Numbered from the stretch's first letter, positions 16,488 through 26,135 are shown. The stretch: DNA of 36,207 nt from Sumerlaeia bacterium (GCA_040219255.1 JAVJSW010000070.1:1-36207); one strand, 5' to 3'. Made by a program: numbers and translations. Notes: generated by a model from the sequence alone, not told the origin.

Positions 16488-18029
16488 CTAACGCCGCCGT
16501 TGTCCCGGGAGGGGGGCTCCGCCGGGGCGGTAGGTGACCATGCGGGCCTTGATGTCGCGCAGGATGCGGTCGTCCGGGCGGATCGCCAGGCCCCGTTCGA
16601 GAACCTCGGCGGCGGTGTCTTTGTCGCCGGCTTGAAGGCGGCAGCGGGCGATGTCGCGCAGCAAGTCCACCGACATGTCGGGAAACAGATCGCCGATCGG
16701 CGCGAGGAGCGTTTCCATCAATTCCGCCTCGAATTGATGAGCCTTTTGCTTGTCGGCGATGACATCGTGGGCCACATCGGCGCAGCGGCGGGCGCCTTCG
16801 TAGATGCGGTGCAGGATGGAAGAGGGGAGCCGATAGCGGGTGGCCGAACGGACGATATCGAGCAGGAAGCCGAATTCGGAGGGCTTGATCCAATCGCGCG
16901 TCATGAGTCCGGCGCCCTCGGCATAACGGAACAGCGAGAGTTGGCGGCCGTGCTCGACCCAGGCCTCGTAGGTGTGCTGCACCATGCGATAGCATCGCGT
17001 CATGGTCAAATCGCCATGTTCGCATAGGGCGCTCATGTCGGGGATCTGATTGCCCAGAATGGCGGTCAGTTCCTCACACTCGAACAGCATGTTCGTCGGC
17101 AAGGTGCGATCTGTGGTGGCGGACTTGATGGCTTCCAGGCATCCGTTGAGGACTGTTTCGTGGAGGCCGTACTTGGCGAGGAATTCGGAGGAGACGCGGT
17201 AGGCTTCGACGCATTCTCCGGTTTCGATCAGGCGCGTTGTGCGGGCGGCGACGATTTCCGGCGAGCGGGCTACGGACATGCCCTTGGTGGTGGGGCGCGA
17301 TGGCGCGCCGCGAGGCTGCTCGCCGGAGGACGGCGGCGGCGGCGAGGGCGAAGGCGATTCGCGCTGGTAGGGATGGGACGTGGCGGAGGAAGGCCGCGGC
17401 GACGGAGGCTCGGGCGGCGGCGCGGAAGGAGGTTCCGGGCGGTAGGGCCGCGGCGCCGGGGGTGGAGTCTCGGCGTTCGACCGCCCGTCGTAATCGATGC
17501 GAATCTGGGGCAGATCGGGCCCGCTGCCGGACTGGGAAGAGCGCCGGGCGATTCCGGGGGCCGAGCGCACTTCCCGGTTAGGGGCTTCGATGCGTCCGGT
17601 GGGGCGTTCCTCGGCCGGTGGCCGGTAGGCGGGTGGGGCGGGAGTCGGAGGTTTGGGGGCTGGCGTGGGCCGGGATTGTTGCGGGGGATGGGCCGGGGGA
17701 AGAGCCATGGGGCGTACCGGTTGATTCATCCGTTCCTGATGCTCGCGTTCGGCGCGCTGGCGTCCGAACATGGTTTGCTCGGCCAGGATGCGGCGGAGGC
17801 GGATTGTTCCGGCCCGCGAAAGGAGGTCGCGGATTTCGCGGAATTCGGCCACGGAGGGATGCACCTCGCCACGATTGCCCATCTCGTCTGGACTGAGTCC
17901 GTTCAGGAAGAGCGTGAAGTAGCCGCGGTGACTCAATACCGGATGATTGGGGTCGGTGATGCCGAGGAGGCGCAACGCATCAAGGCACTGCCGCTCCTCT
18001 TGCGGGGATAGGGGCGATTTTTGGGTCAT
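16488..18029 (-). CDS. Hypothetical protein, paralog A (conserved N-terminal domain, Pro-rich linker, helical domain, C-terminal TPR)
   Basis: GGAGG SD. TPR-like LRDIARCRLQAGDKDTAAEVLERGLAIRPDD. Visible similarity to 18297-19640. Confidence 0.8.
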   Translation of the reverse strand: MTQKSPLSPQEERQCLDALRLLGITDPNHPVLSHRGYFTLFLNGLSPDEMGNRGEVHPSVAEFREIRDLLSRAGTIRLRRILAEQTMFGRQRAEREHQERMNQPVRPMALPPAHPPQQSRPTPAPKPPTPAPPAYRPPAEERPTGRIEAPNREVRSAPGIARRSSQSGSGPDLPQIRIDYDGRSNAETPPPAPRPYRPEPPSAPPPEPPSPRPSSATSHPYQRESPSPSPPPPSSGEQPRGAPSRPTTKGMSVARSPEIVAARTTRLIETGECVEAYRVSSEFLAKYGLHETVLNGCLEAIKSATTDRTLPTNMLFECEELTAILGNQIPDMSALCEHGDLTMTRCYRMVQHTYEAWVEHGRQLSLFRYAEGAGLMTRDWIKPSEFGFLLDIVRSATRYRLPSSILHRIYEGARRCADVAHDVIADKQKAHQFEAELMETLLAPIGDLFPDMSVDLLRDIARCRLQAGDKDTAAEVLERGLAIRPDDRILRDIKARMVTYRPGGAPLPGQRRR

Positions 18030-18296
18030 GTTCCAGCGCCTCCCGTTTCGATGGGAAGTATCGGAGGCCGCTTCGCAATGCCGTGCGAGGCTGAGTTTTC
18101 ACTCAAATCCGTGAGGAAGCATTCCCCGCGCCGGATCGACGGCACCCGTCGTTTTCTCCCGCCCTCTGGTCTTTCGCTTGGAATTCCAAACACTTTTGCC
18201 GTGCCGAGTCAATAAGGAGCGTTGCAAATCGTCTCCGTCAATCCGGCGCTCTTTTATCCAGTGGTGCATCCGGGCACCATGGGACCCGTCCCCCGA

Positions 18297-19640
18297 TCAC
18301 TCCTGGCCCTTGCGGTGAAGCTTGTGCACCAGGTCCCGGAAACTGTCCTTCTTGGGTTCCGGCAGGGGAGCCTTCAGCGCCTCGTTCAACGCCGTGCGGA
18401 ATTCGTCGAGGTTGGCGTGGGGCCGCATGGCGGCGGCTTCGTTGACGAACTTCAGGGCCTGCATCCGATCGTGGGCGAGGGCGTAACACATCGCGATGTC
18501 GTGATATGCGATGAAGAGCAAATCTTCATATCGCTCTCGGAACACGGGGGCGAAAATCCGCAACGCTTCCGCCTTGAGGCGGGCCTGCTTGTCCGGCCGC
18601 ACGATCACATCGTCGGCGATGGCCAGGCATTCCTTCGCCCCGCGATAGTTCCGGGCCATCAGGTCCATGGGCAGATTCGAGCGCGAAGCGGCGCGGAAGA
18701 CGTCGAGCAGGATGCCGAATTCGTCGGGCTCGATCCATTGGCGCTTCATCCACTGATCGTTCTTGAGGCGGAATTTGAATTCGAGGAGGGCGCGGCAGTG
18801 GGCCAGCCAGGCGCGGTAGAGCCGCTTGACGAAGGTGTGGGACTCGCGCGTGTCCTCGTCGTCGGATCGGGGGTCCAGTTCGCTCATGTCCGGGCAGTAG
18901 CGCAGCAGCGCGTGGGCCAGGTGCTCGAATTCGTGAAGCACATTCACCGGCGAGATGCCGCGGTCGCGGTCGTAGGCGCTGGCCCGGTGCAGCGCCACGA
19001 CGCAGGCTTTGAGAACGGAAGCGTCAGGTCCTTCTTGCTCGAGGAAGCGCATGGTGGAGGAGAAGGCGTCATGGTAGCGCGAGGAATTGGCCAGCGCCAG
19101 AACGTACTCGGTCATGCCGTGGATGTCGCCGTCCTCGAATTCGGCCAGGTCCTCCGGCAGGGGACGCTTCTGGTGAATCTTGGCGCCGGCCGCCTCGTCG
19201 AGAATGGTGGCGACGTCGGATTGGGACGTTTCGCGGGAGAGGGGCGTCTTGAGATAGGCGGTGGGGCGTTCGTCGTCGGTGTCCTCGGCCTCGGGCGGGG
19301 CGGCCGGCGCCGGCGGGGGCAAGGCCACATTGGGACGCGAGGCGGTGGTGGTGGCGGGCGTGGGTGCGGGGCGGCGCGGCGGGCGGAGCGAGGCGCGCTC
19401 GGCGATCAGTTCGCGCAGGCGTTCTTGCCCCATGACCGAGAGCATTTTGCGCAGGCGGCGGAAATCGTCGCCCCCGGTGCCGCCCAAGGCCTCCAACTCG
19501 TCGGGCGTCATGCGGCCCAAATACATGGCGAAATAGCCGCGATGGCACAGGACCGGGTGATCCGGATCGTCGATGCCCAGCGTCATGAGGGCATCCACGC
19601 ATTGCGCTTCCTGCTCGGGAGAAAGATTCCGGCGTGACAT
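18297..19640 (-). CDS. Hypothetical protein, paralog B (same architecture, C-terminal TPR)
   Basis: Shares LSP..E.QC.DAL..LGI.DP.HPVL.HRGYF and WI.P.EFG.LLD with paralog A. TPR-like YHDIAMCYALAHDRMQALKFVNEAAAMRP. Confidence 0.8.
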   Translation of the reverse strand: MSRRNLSPEQEAQCVDALMTLGIDDPDHPVLCHRGYFAMYLGRMTPDELEALGGTGGDDFRRLRKMLSVMGQERLRELIAERASLRPPRRPAPTPATTTASRPNVALPPPAPAAPPEAEDTDDERPTAYLKTPLSRETSQSDVATILDEAAGAKIHQKRPLPEDLAEFEDGDIHGMTEYVLALANSSRYHDAFSSTMRFLEQEGPDASVLKACVVALHRASAYDRDRGISPVNVLHEFEHLAHALLRYCPDMSELDPRSDDEDTRESHTFVKRLYRAWLAHCRALLEFKFRLKNDQWMKRQWIEPDEFGILLDVFRAASRSNLPMDLMARNYRGAKECLAIADDVIVRPDKQARLKAEALRIFAPVFRERYEDLLFIAYHDIAMCYALAHDRMQALKFVNEAAAMRPHANLDEFRTALNEALKAPLPEPKKDSFRDLVHKLHRKGQE

Positions 19641-19750
19641 GGACGGCTGAGGCCCTCAAATGTCTTGAGTTTCGCATCCAGTCCATCAAAGCGGCGCTGG
19701 GGATGTCAAGCTCAGCCCGCTCGCGGTCTTCGCCCCGAGAGCCCACAATT

Positions 19751-19911
19751 ACAGAGAGCACAGAGAGCGGAGTTTTCACCGAGGCGAAAGAAATTTGCGA
19801 GAAAAAATCTCCTTCTCCCCGCTCACCTGGACAAAGAACCGCTCTTGGCTGCGGGACGATGTAAGCTCGCTCGCACCAGACGTCTCCGTGCCTCCCTTGC
19901 TCCGTGGTGAA
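19751..19911. repeat. Degenerate inverted pair of CACAGAG/CACGGAG-type intergenic repeats
   Basis: ACAGAGAGCACAGAGAGCGGAG (19751-19772) and CTCCGTGCCTCCCTTGCTCCGTGGTGAA (19884-19911). Confidence 0.4.
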
Positions 19912-19946
19912 TTTTCTTGAGGGTACGCCCGGTGGGGTGCCGCGCT

Positions 19947-20972
19947 TTACGGCAGATAGGGTATGGGGTCGACCGCCTCGCCGTTGCGGCGGACCTGAAA
20001 GTGCAGGTGGGGCCGGTCGTCGTGGGCGCCTTCGCCGCTGAGGGCGATGGCCTGGCCGCGGCGCACGCGGTCGCCGGGCGAGACCAGGAGGCGGTCGTTG
20101 AAGGCGTAGCAGGTCGCGACATTATCGGCATGTTCGATCACGACCATTTTCCCATAGGCGCTAATGCTTTCACTGGCGAATGCCACGCGCCCGTCCTTCG
20201 CCGCCAGCACCTGGGTTCCCACCGGGGCGGCGATGTTGATGCCAAAATGCTTTTCCTGGGATGTTTGGACGAAGGGCCGGATCACCGTTCCCTCGAGGGG
20301 CCAACTGAAGCCGTGGGCGCTGACATCGCGCGAGGTTCCCTTTTCACCGGCACCCATGCCGCCCTGAACGAAGCGGGGCGGGGCTGGCGCGGCGGCTTCC
20401 GAACGCGGCGCCCGCGTACCGGCGCTGGTGGCCTCCGGGGGGGCGGAACGGATCGGAGCGGGAGACGGCGTGCTGGCCTCGGCCCCCGGAAGGCGCAATT
20501 GTTGCCCGACCGCCAGATTGTTTCCGGAGAGCCCGTTCAACGACTTGAGCGCATCCACGGTCGTGCCGCTGTTTTGCGCGATTTTCCATAGGCTGTCGCC
20601 CTTGCGCACCGTGTAAATCCCGGGTGTGGAGCGAGCCGGGGCCGCCGCGGCGGGGGCGGGGGTGGCGACGACCCGGGTCAGTGGCTTGGGCGTGCTGGCT
20701 TGCCGGGCGCCGGGAACCCAGAGCCGGGCGCCCGGCGAGGGCTCCACGTTGAGGCCGATCCGATTGGCCCGGGCGATTTGATAGATGGGGACGCGATAGC
20801 GTTGGGCGATTCGGTCGAGGGTCTCGCCCGGCTGAACCGTATGGTAGAAACCCGCCGGATTCGCCGCCGAAGCCGAAGTCAGCGCCACAAGACCGGCCGT
20901 GGCCAGCCAGTGGCCAATCCTTTGGACCCATCGGCGAGCGATCTTCCGTTGCGATGTGCGAAAGTCCGACAT
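19947..20972 (-). CDS. LysM-LysM-M23 (NlpD/MepM-like) peptidoglycan-binding protein
   Basis: Two LysM domains (HTVQPGETLDRIAQRY; YTVRKGDSLWKIAQ). M23 domain WPLEG..HFGINIAAPVGT..AAKDG..YGKMVVIEH..PHLHFQVR. GGGAGG SD before ATG 20972. Confidence 0.9.
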   Translation of the reverse strand: MSDFRTSQRKIARRWVQRIGHWLATAGLVALTSASAANPAGFYHTVQPGETLDRIAQRYRVPIYQIARANRIGLNVEPSPGARLWVPGARQASTPKPLTRVVATPAPAAAAPARSTPGIYTVRKGDSLWKIAQNSGTTVDALKSLNGLSGNNLAVGQQLRLPGAEASTPSPAPIRSAPPEATSAGTRAPRSEAAAPAPPRFVQGGMGAGEKGTSRDVSAHGFSWPLEGTVIRPFVQTSQEKHFGINIAAPVGTQVLAAKDGRVAFASESISAYGKMVVIEHADNVATCYAFNDRLLVSPGDRVRRGQAIALSGEGAHDDRPHLHFQVRRNGEAVDPIPYLP

Positions 20973-21158
20973 AGGCAAACCCCTCCCATTCTCTCGCCCG
21001 GGAAACCACCGCGGGCCAAACACCGTCAAGAAAGATCGGCGGAGGAGGAGGGGAGAATCCCCGGGGCCGAGCCGCCTTGCCCTCTGAACTTATGATGTAA
21101 GCAGAGGCGCAATCGTTCAACTTACGGAATGCCAATTCTCCGATATAGGAAAACTAAC

Positions 21159-21953
21159 ATGTCGCCTAGATTCCTGACTTACTGTTGCTTAGCCCTGACC
21201 CTGTTCGTCACGGGGTGCGGATCGGGGGATTCGGATGCGCCGTCGGCGGACCCGAATGCCGGGGGCAAGGCCCTGCGGGTGGGGATGAATCCGGCGTTTC
21301 CTCCCTTGGAATACGTCGATGAGTCGGGGGAAATCGTGGGCTTCGAGGTCGACCTGACGGACGCGCTCGGCGAGGAGCTGGGCCGGGAAATCGAGTACGT
21401 GAACGTGGCCTGGAACGGCATTTTCGGGGCGCTGACCAATGGCAACATCGATCTGATCGTCTCGGCGGTGACGATCACCGACGAGCGCAAAGAAAGGTAC
21501 CTGTTCAGCGATCCCTACATCGAGGCCGGCCAGGTACTGGTGGTGCGGGCCGGAGACAGGGAGAAGTACCCGGATCTGGCTTCGCTGTCCGGCGCGAAGG
21601 TCGGCGCGATCCTGAACACCACCGGCCATATCAAGCTGCAAGAGTCGGAGGAGATCGGCGAGGTGGTGGCCTATGAGAATGCCGGGCTGACGTTTCTGGA
21701 TTTGATGAACGGGAACGTGGAAGCGATCATGATGGACAAGCCGGTGGCGGATTATTTCGCGTCGCAGAAGCCGGAGTCGGCGGGGAAACTGGCGGTGGTA
21801 GGCGATTTGTACACCGACGAACAGTTCGGTATCGTCGCCCGGCCCGGCGACGCGGCGCTCATCAGAGACGTGAACGCCGCGCTGGAAACGCTCAGGGCGA
21901 ACGGAACGTACGACCGGATCTATGCGCGCTGGTTCGGCGAGCGGGAGGGGTGA
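21159..21953 (+). CDS. Polar/basic amino-acid ABC transporter substrate-binding lipoprotein (SBP_bac_3)
   Basis: Lipobox FVTGC, FPPLEY..GFEVDL, ITDERKERYLFSDPY, NGTYDRIYARWF. AGGA SD before ATG 21159. Confidence 0.92.
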   Translation: MSPRFLTYCCLALTLFVTGCGSGDSDAPSADPNAGGKALRVGMNPAFPPLEYVDESGEIVGFEVDLTDALGEELGREIEYVNVAWNGIFGALTNGNIDLIVSAVTITDERKERYLFSDPYIEAGQVLVVRAGDREKYPDLASLSGAKVGAILNTTGHIKLQESEEIGEVVAYENAGLTFLDLMNGNVEAIMMDKPVADYFASQKPESAGKLAVVGDLYTDEQFGIVARPGDAALIRDVNAALETLRANGTYDRIYARWFGEREG

Positions 21954-22116
21954 TGGGACGAAGTCGCGCCGGAAGCTTCGAAGCCTTGAGCGGCCGCCAG
22001 GGATCGCGGCGAAAAAGTTCCTGTTCACCTCCCGCTTGCCAATGGCGACTTCCTGGCGGAGTATCGCATTGGATTTCGGAAAGCGCGGCCGCTCTCCGGA
22101 TTGCGAGGCTTCTGTC

Positions 22117-22770
22117 ATGAACGTCCATGTCGCCGAACTCGAAAAGGACCCGCAGCTTCCCCGGTACGTCGAGCACTTCCAGCGGTTGCTCGAACGCGAA
22201 CGGGTCAAGCGCGAAGAATTCTATCGCTGGCTGACGCCGAGTACGAAGGCGGAGTTCATCAACGGCGAGGTGGTGATGCATTCGCCCTCGCGCCGAATGC
22301 ACATCGTCGTGCTCAAGCAAATCTTCCGAATCTTCGACGCCTATGTCGAGTGCCATGGCCTTGGAACGGTGGATGTGGAAAAATCGCTCATCAGCCTGAC
22401 GCGCAACGACTACGAACCGGACCTCTGTTTCTGGCGGGCGGAGGTGGCGGCGGGGTTTGCGCCGGAACAGCTTCAGTTCCCGCCGCCGGACCTGATCGTG
22501 GAGGTCCTCTCGCCGTCCTCGGTCGAGCGAGACCGCGCGATCAAATTCGACGACTATGCCCGCCATGGCGTCTCGGAATACTGGATCGTGGACCCGGACG
22601 CGCAGGAAATCGAGCAGTACCTGCTGCAAGACGAGGCGTATGTGCTCCAAGCGAAGACTGGCGATGGGACGTTGAAATCGCGGGTGTTGGCGGGGCTCGT
22701 CTTTCCCGCGCGAGCGGCCTTCGATGCGGAGGAGAACGCGGCGGCGCTGCGAAGCGTTCGAGGGGGTTAG
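22117..22770 (+). CDS. Uma2 family (PD-(D/E)XK) endonuclease
   Basis: EFINGEVVMHSP..H, YEPDLCF, PDLIVEVLSPSS..RDR..KF..YA..GV.EYWIVDP. Confidence 0.92.
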   Translation: MNVHVAELEKDPQLPRYVEHFQRLLERERVKREEFYRWLTPSTKAEFINGEVVMHSPSRRMHIVVLKQIFRIFDAYVECHGLGTVDVEKSLISLTRNDYEPDLCFWRAEVAAGFAPEQLQFPPPDLIVEVLSPSSVERDRAIKFDDYARHGVSEYWIVDPDAQEIEQYLLQDEAYVLQAKTGDGTLKSRVLAGLVFPARAAFDAEENAAALRSVRGG

Positions 22771-22776
22771 AGGACG

Positions 22777-23823
22777 CTAGATCTTGCGGCGGTAGAGCAC
22801 TTCTTCGGCGACACCTTCGAAGCGGTTACGCATTTTGGTGAAGGTGAAGTGTTCGCGGACGTAGGCTTGGCCTTCGGCGCCGACGGTTCTCGCTTCCTCC
22901 CAATCGAGGTCCTTGAGGAAATCGAGCCACTTGTCGTGCCAGAGCAGATAGCCGGTCTTGCGGTGCTTGACCAATTCGGGGATGCCGCCGGCGGGCGAGG
23001 CCAGAACCGGCAGGCCCCGGGCCATGGCTTCCAGGCATACCGTCGGAATACCCTCGGCCTTGCTGGGCACGAGGAGCAGGTCCAGGCTTCTGAGGAGCGG
23101 ACCGGCCTCGACGTAGCCGGGGCAAAGGACGCCTTCCGCTTCCGCGGCGGCCTTGAGTTCGGGACCGATGTTGCCGGCGAAGACCAGGGTGCCCGGTTTG
23201 CCTAGGGCCTTCCAGGTGCGCATGGCGAAACGGTGGCCCTTCTTGGGGTGTCCGCTGGCCAGCATGCCGAAAACGGGCTTGGGCAGATCGGGCAGGAGCA
23301 CCGGTTCGTCGTCGGGGGGGATGTCGATGCCGTTGTAGATGACGTTGCAGTTGATTTCCATCGGCAGGGCGGCGCGGGAGTTGCTGACCCAACGCTTGAA
23401 ACGCCATTTGAGGACCTTGCGGATGAGGGCTTTTTTGCCTTCGAAATCCGTGATGCAGCGGATCGAGCCGATCAGTTCGGGGGGCTTCGAGGGGAAGGTC
23501 ATGGCGGCCACGATGTGGGCCCAGGCGCCATAGCAGAAGACGACTTTGGGTCTTTCGGCGCGCAGGGATCGCATGGCCCCGGGTAGACGGCGCCAGTTCA
23601 TGGGCCAGCCAAGCAGTTCCTCGAGCGAGCGATGATAGAAAGCGGGCACCGCCTCGCAGAGCTTCTGCACGTTGCGCTCGGTGCCGCCGCCGTCATGACG
23701 CACGGTCAGATGGAGCGACTTGGGCGTGTGGGAATTGGGCTGATCGGGCGGCAGAGAGGGGATGGTCACCTCTTTGGAAGACCGCGGTGCGTTGGCCGTC
23801 TGTTCGGGGGTGGGCGCAATCAT
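22777..23823 (-). CDS. Glycosyltransferase family 4 (GT-B)
   Basis: GGGTER, VIYNGID, HPKKGH, PSKAEGIPTVCLEAMARGLPVLASPAGGIPELV. Start uncertain. Confidence 0.88.
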   Translation of the reverse strand: MIAPTPEQTANAPRSSKEVTIPSLPPDQPNSHTPKSLHLTVRHDGGGTERNVQKLCEAVPAFYHRSLEELLGWPMNWRRLPGAMRSLRAERPKVVFCYGAWAHIVAAMTFPSKPPELIGSIRCITDFEGKKALIRKVLKWRFKRWVSNSRAALPMEINCNVIYNGIDIPPDDEPVLLPDLPKPVFGMLASGHPKKGHRFAMRTWKALGKPGTLVFAGNIGPELKAAAEAEGVLCPGYVEAGPLLRSLDLLLVPSKAEGIPTVCLEAMARGLPVLASPAGGIPELVKHRKTGYLLWHDKWLDFLKDLDWEEARTVGAEGQAYVREHFTFTKMRNRFEGVAEEVLYRRKI

Positions 23824-23867
23824 AACATCAGGAGCCAGTGAGGTCTCGGGCAAAATACTGTAATAAT

Positions 23868-25739
23868 TTAGACCAGGACCTGGTTTCGCCACAACTGAAA
23901 CACGAGCATGGACCACAATTGTCTTTCGCGATTGTAGGAGCCGGAGTCGTGTTCGGCCATCAGGCGCTGGGCCACATCGGCGTTCAAGAACCCGTCGCGG
24001 GCGAGGGCGTCGTGGGCCAAGGTGTCGTGGAGAAGGTCGCGAAGGGGCCCGCGGAACCAGTCGCGCAGGGGGACGGCGAAGCCTCGTTTGGGGCGCTCGA
24101 TCAATTCCCGGGGCACGTGCCGGAAGAGGATTTCGCGCAGCATGGCCTTGGGTTCGCGGGCGTTGCGCCATGCCGGGGGAAGCCCCATGGCCATTTCGGC
24201 AACGCGATAATCGAGCAAGGGAACGCGCATTTCGAGGCTGGCGCTCATGCTGGCGCGGTCGCCCTTCACCAGGATGTCGTCGGGCAGGTAGTGGCGAAGG
24301 TCGGCGTAGCCGGCGCGGGCGTCGAGCGAGGGGCCGGAGCGTTCGTTGGTGCCGCTGGCGTCGTCGTACAGCGCATGGAACGGATGGTCGTTGAAATCGT
24401 AGCGGTCGCCTCGGATTTGATTCGCCAATTCCGCATTCCAACCGATGAAGACGTGGCCGTACAGCTCCCGGTGGGTTCGATAGAGAAGGCCTCGGCCGAT
24501 GGTCTGATGCCGATAATTCGGCCTGTTGGCCAGCCAGGCGGCCACCTTGCGCCGGACTGCGCCGGGGACGAACTGCATTCGGGACTTAACCGTCAGGAGC
24601 CACTGATAGCGATCGTAACCGAGGAAGAGTTCATCGCCGCCATCGCCCGACAAAGCCACCGTCACATGATCGCGCGTCAGGCGAGAGAGCAGGACGGTGG
24701 GCAGAAAGGAGGCGTCGGCGAAAGGTTCGTCGCAGAGGGCGGGCATTTGCTCCACGAGCGGGAGGCAGTCCTCCGCGGTGGCGGTCAGTTCGTGATGCTC
24801 CGTGCCGAGGTGGCGAGCGACTTCGCGGGCGTGATCGGCTTCGTTGAAGTCCTTCTCGCGAAATCCGATGGTGAAGGTTTTGACGGGGCCGGAGGAGACC
24901 TTTTGCAGGAGCGCGGCGACGAGGGAGGAATCGATGCCGCCGCTCAGAAAGCAGCCGAGGGGAACGTCGCTCAGCGTGCGGGCGCGCACCGCGTCGGTCA
25001 GGAGTTCTTCGAGTTCCTCGACGGCCTCGGCGCGGTCGCGGGTGGGATGGGTGATGGCGGCAGGGGGCGTCGGCAGGGTCCACCATCGGCGGATGGCGAA
25101 CTCGCCGGTGGCGAAGTCGTATTCGAGGCGATGGCCCGGGGGCAGTTGACGCACGCCCGCGACGATGGTCTCGGGGTGGGGCACATAGTTGAAAAGAATG
25201 TAGTTGGAGAGGGCGTGCGAGTCGATGCCGCGGCGGACCCAGGGGAGTTTGAGGAGGGGTCGCAGCTCAGAGGCGAAGGCGAGGCGGCCTTCACTGGCGG
25301 TGTAGTAGAGGGGTTTGATTCCGAGGCGGTCGCGGTAGAGGTGGAGGCGTGCTTCAGCCGGGTCGTAGATCGCGAGGGCGAACATACCGTTGCACAGGGA
25401 GATGAACTCCGGGCCTTCGAATTCGAAGAGGCGCAGGAGGGTTTCCGTGTCGGTGGCGGAGCGCCAGGGGCAATCGGGAGAGATGCGCCGGCGCAGATCG
25501 CGATGGTTGTAGACCTCGCCGTTATAGACGGCGACGAGGCCCTTTTCCGGGAGGCTCATGGGTTGAGCCCCGCGCTCGCTCAGGTCGAGGATTGCCAGAC
25601 GGCGATGGGCCAGCGCGAGGCGTTCGTCGCGCCAGGCGCCGGTGGCGTCGGGCCCGCGATGCGCCAGGCAGGCGGTCATCTCGGCCAGGAGGTCCGGAGA
25701 GCATTCTTGTGGATGAGTGGTACCGACAATCCCGCACAT
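23868..25739 (-). CDS. asnB: Asparagine synthase (glutamine-hydrolysing) family amidotransferase
   Basis: MCGIVG N-terminal nucleophile, HRGPD, HRRLAILD, RDRLGIKPLYY, LSGGIDSS, LSGDGGDELFLGY, KRGFAVP. Confidence 0.95.
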   Translation of the reverse strand: MCGIVGTTHPQECSPDLLAEMTACLAHRGPDATGAWRDERLALAHRRLAILDLSERGAQPMSLPEKGLVAVYNGEVYNHRDLRRRISPDCPWRSATDTETLLRLFEFEGPEFISLCNGMFALAIYDPAEARLHLYRDRLGIKPLYYTASEGRLAFASELRPLLKLPWVRRGIDSHALSNYILFNYVPHPETIVAGVRQLPPGHRLEYDFATGEFAIRRWWTLPTPPAAITHPTRDRAEAVEELEELLTDAVRARTLSDVPLGCFLSGGIDSSLVAALLQKVSSGPVKTFTIGFREKDFNEADHAREVARHLGTEHHELTATAEDCLPLVEQMPALCDEPFADASFLPTVLLSRLTRDHVTVALSGDGGDELFLGYDRYQWLLTVKSRMQFVPGAVRRKVAAWLANRPNYRHQTIGRGLLYRTHRELYGHVFIGWNAELANQIRGDRYDFNDHPFHALYDDASGTNERSGPSLDARAGYADLRHYLPDDILVKGDRASMSASLEMRVPLLDYRVAEMAMGLPPAWRNAREPKAMLREILFRHVPRELIERPKRGFAVPLRDWFRGPLRDLLHDTLAHDALARDGFLNADVAQRLMAEHDSGSYNRERQLWSMLVFQLWRNQVLV

Positions 25740-25826
25740 AGCTTCAGAATGGGAAGCGACAGACGGGCCAGGGGCGAGAGAAAACGCCCCGGGTCATGCG
25801 ATAGTCCGCGTCGAGGGGGTGTGGGA

Positions 25827-26135
25827 TCAGGCGGTGGCTTTGTCCTGAGACCGGGCGATGGCGACTTTGCTGCGGACCGGGCGTGAGGAAGGCCGGCCGC
25901 TGCGGATCGAGAGGCGAACGTCGGTGCGTTTGGCGAGTTCGCGAAGTTGTTCGTCGCGGCGCTTCATGGCAACCTGGATGTCGTCGGTGGCCAGGGAACG
26001 GCGAATGCGTTCCTTGGTGTAGTTGGGAAGGTGAACCGTGCAATGGAACCACCAGGTCCCGTTGTTGTTCCACAGGTGGTGGTTGGGGTTCGCCTTCCGG
26101 CAGGCTTCGATCACGTGTTCAAAACGTTCGGACAT
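25827..26135 (-). CDS. Small basic hypothetical protein (NPNHHLWNNNGTWW...RIRRSL.T.D...A..RRD), resembling integrase arm-type DNA-binding domains
   Basis: 102-aa ORF with GC3 bias and a GGAG upstream. Three-strand-plus-helix pattern ending RRSLATDDIQVAMKRRD. Confidence 0.75.
   Translation of the reverse strand: MSERFEHVIEACRKANPNHHLWNNNGTWWFHCTVHLPNYTKERIRRSLATDDIQVAMKRRDEQLRELAKRTDVRLSIRSGRPSSRPVRSKVAIARSQDKATA

Noticed and set aside
22117-22770. Uma2 gene as evidence of a defence island or mobile element
   Set aside because: Uma2 genes are commonly scattered singly, and no methylase, toxin partner, integrase or terminal repeats are nearby.
23868-25739. asnB as a lasso-peptide cyclase for the YxxP peptide
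   Set aside because: It has an intact N-terminal Cys glutaminase domain, is coupled to a glycosyltransferase, lies 7 kb away, and has no lasso B/RRE genes beside it.
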